From an uncultured virus (IMG/VR IMGVR_UViG_3300022885_000007) (Duplodnaviria; Heunggongvirae; Uroviricota; Caudoviricetes), in IMG/VR virus record IMGVR_UViG_3300022885_000007: a stretch of DNA of 64,000 bases; one strand, 5' to 3'. The notes beneath the pieces are model-generated. The model did not search any database. It saw nothing but the letters and a program-made list of their open reading frames with translations, and had not been told where the DNA came from. The position numbers and the translations under genes are program-made. Of the stretch, positions 63,893 through 64,000 are shown one piece after another. Position 1 is the stretch's first letter. Every line of letters starts with the position of its first letter.

Positions 63893-64000
63893 AAATTGTC
63901 ACCTTTTTTCGCGTCGATAAACACTTTTAGGGTACGGTCTGCATCTTGCAAACTATATCTAATGCTTTCATTTTTGTCAAGATAGTGAACATACGAACGA

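Overview
This is a 64-kb segment of a large, AT-rich, T4-like (jumbo-myovirus-like) phage genome using the standard genetic code. A gammaproteobacterial, probably marine, host is inferred from the FdxA, ErpA and MshA-like genes. 1-16.9 kb (+ strand) holds small accessory genes, nucleotide salvage enzymes, four 2OG-Fe(II) oxygenases, two SGNH-like proteins, SOD, ErpA, a kinase-like protein (- strand) and two fibre-like genes. 16.9-21.3 kb (- strand) is an RNA operon with 24 tRNAs covering all 20 amino acids. Interleaved with them are three non-canonical tRNA-like genes and several structured ncRNA candidates, including a three-copy family with an optional tRNA-elbow domain and a family of hairpins sharing a palindromic UUGAUCA loop. 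21.3-39 kb and 55-64 kb (- strand) are mosaic arrays of short ORFs with sigma70-type promoters, plus an HD hydrolase, an RNA ligase, RtcB and a glycosyltransferase. 39.5-54.8 kb holds ClpP, two type IV pilins, a degenerate metallophosphoesterase, ClpS, Hsp20 behind a ROSE-like hairpin, bS21, ClpX, envelope proteins and DNA ligase. The best novelty candidates are the tRNA-array ncRNA and tRNA-mimic set, the phage-encoded pilin pair, and five TAAATA-N5-ATG (apparently leaderless) genes. All calls were made by eye from motifs and base-pairing; no database searches were run.
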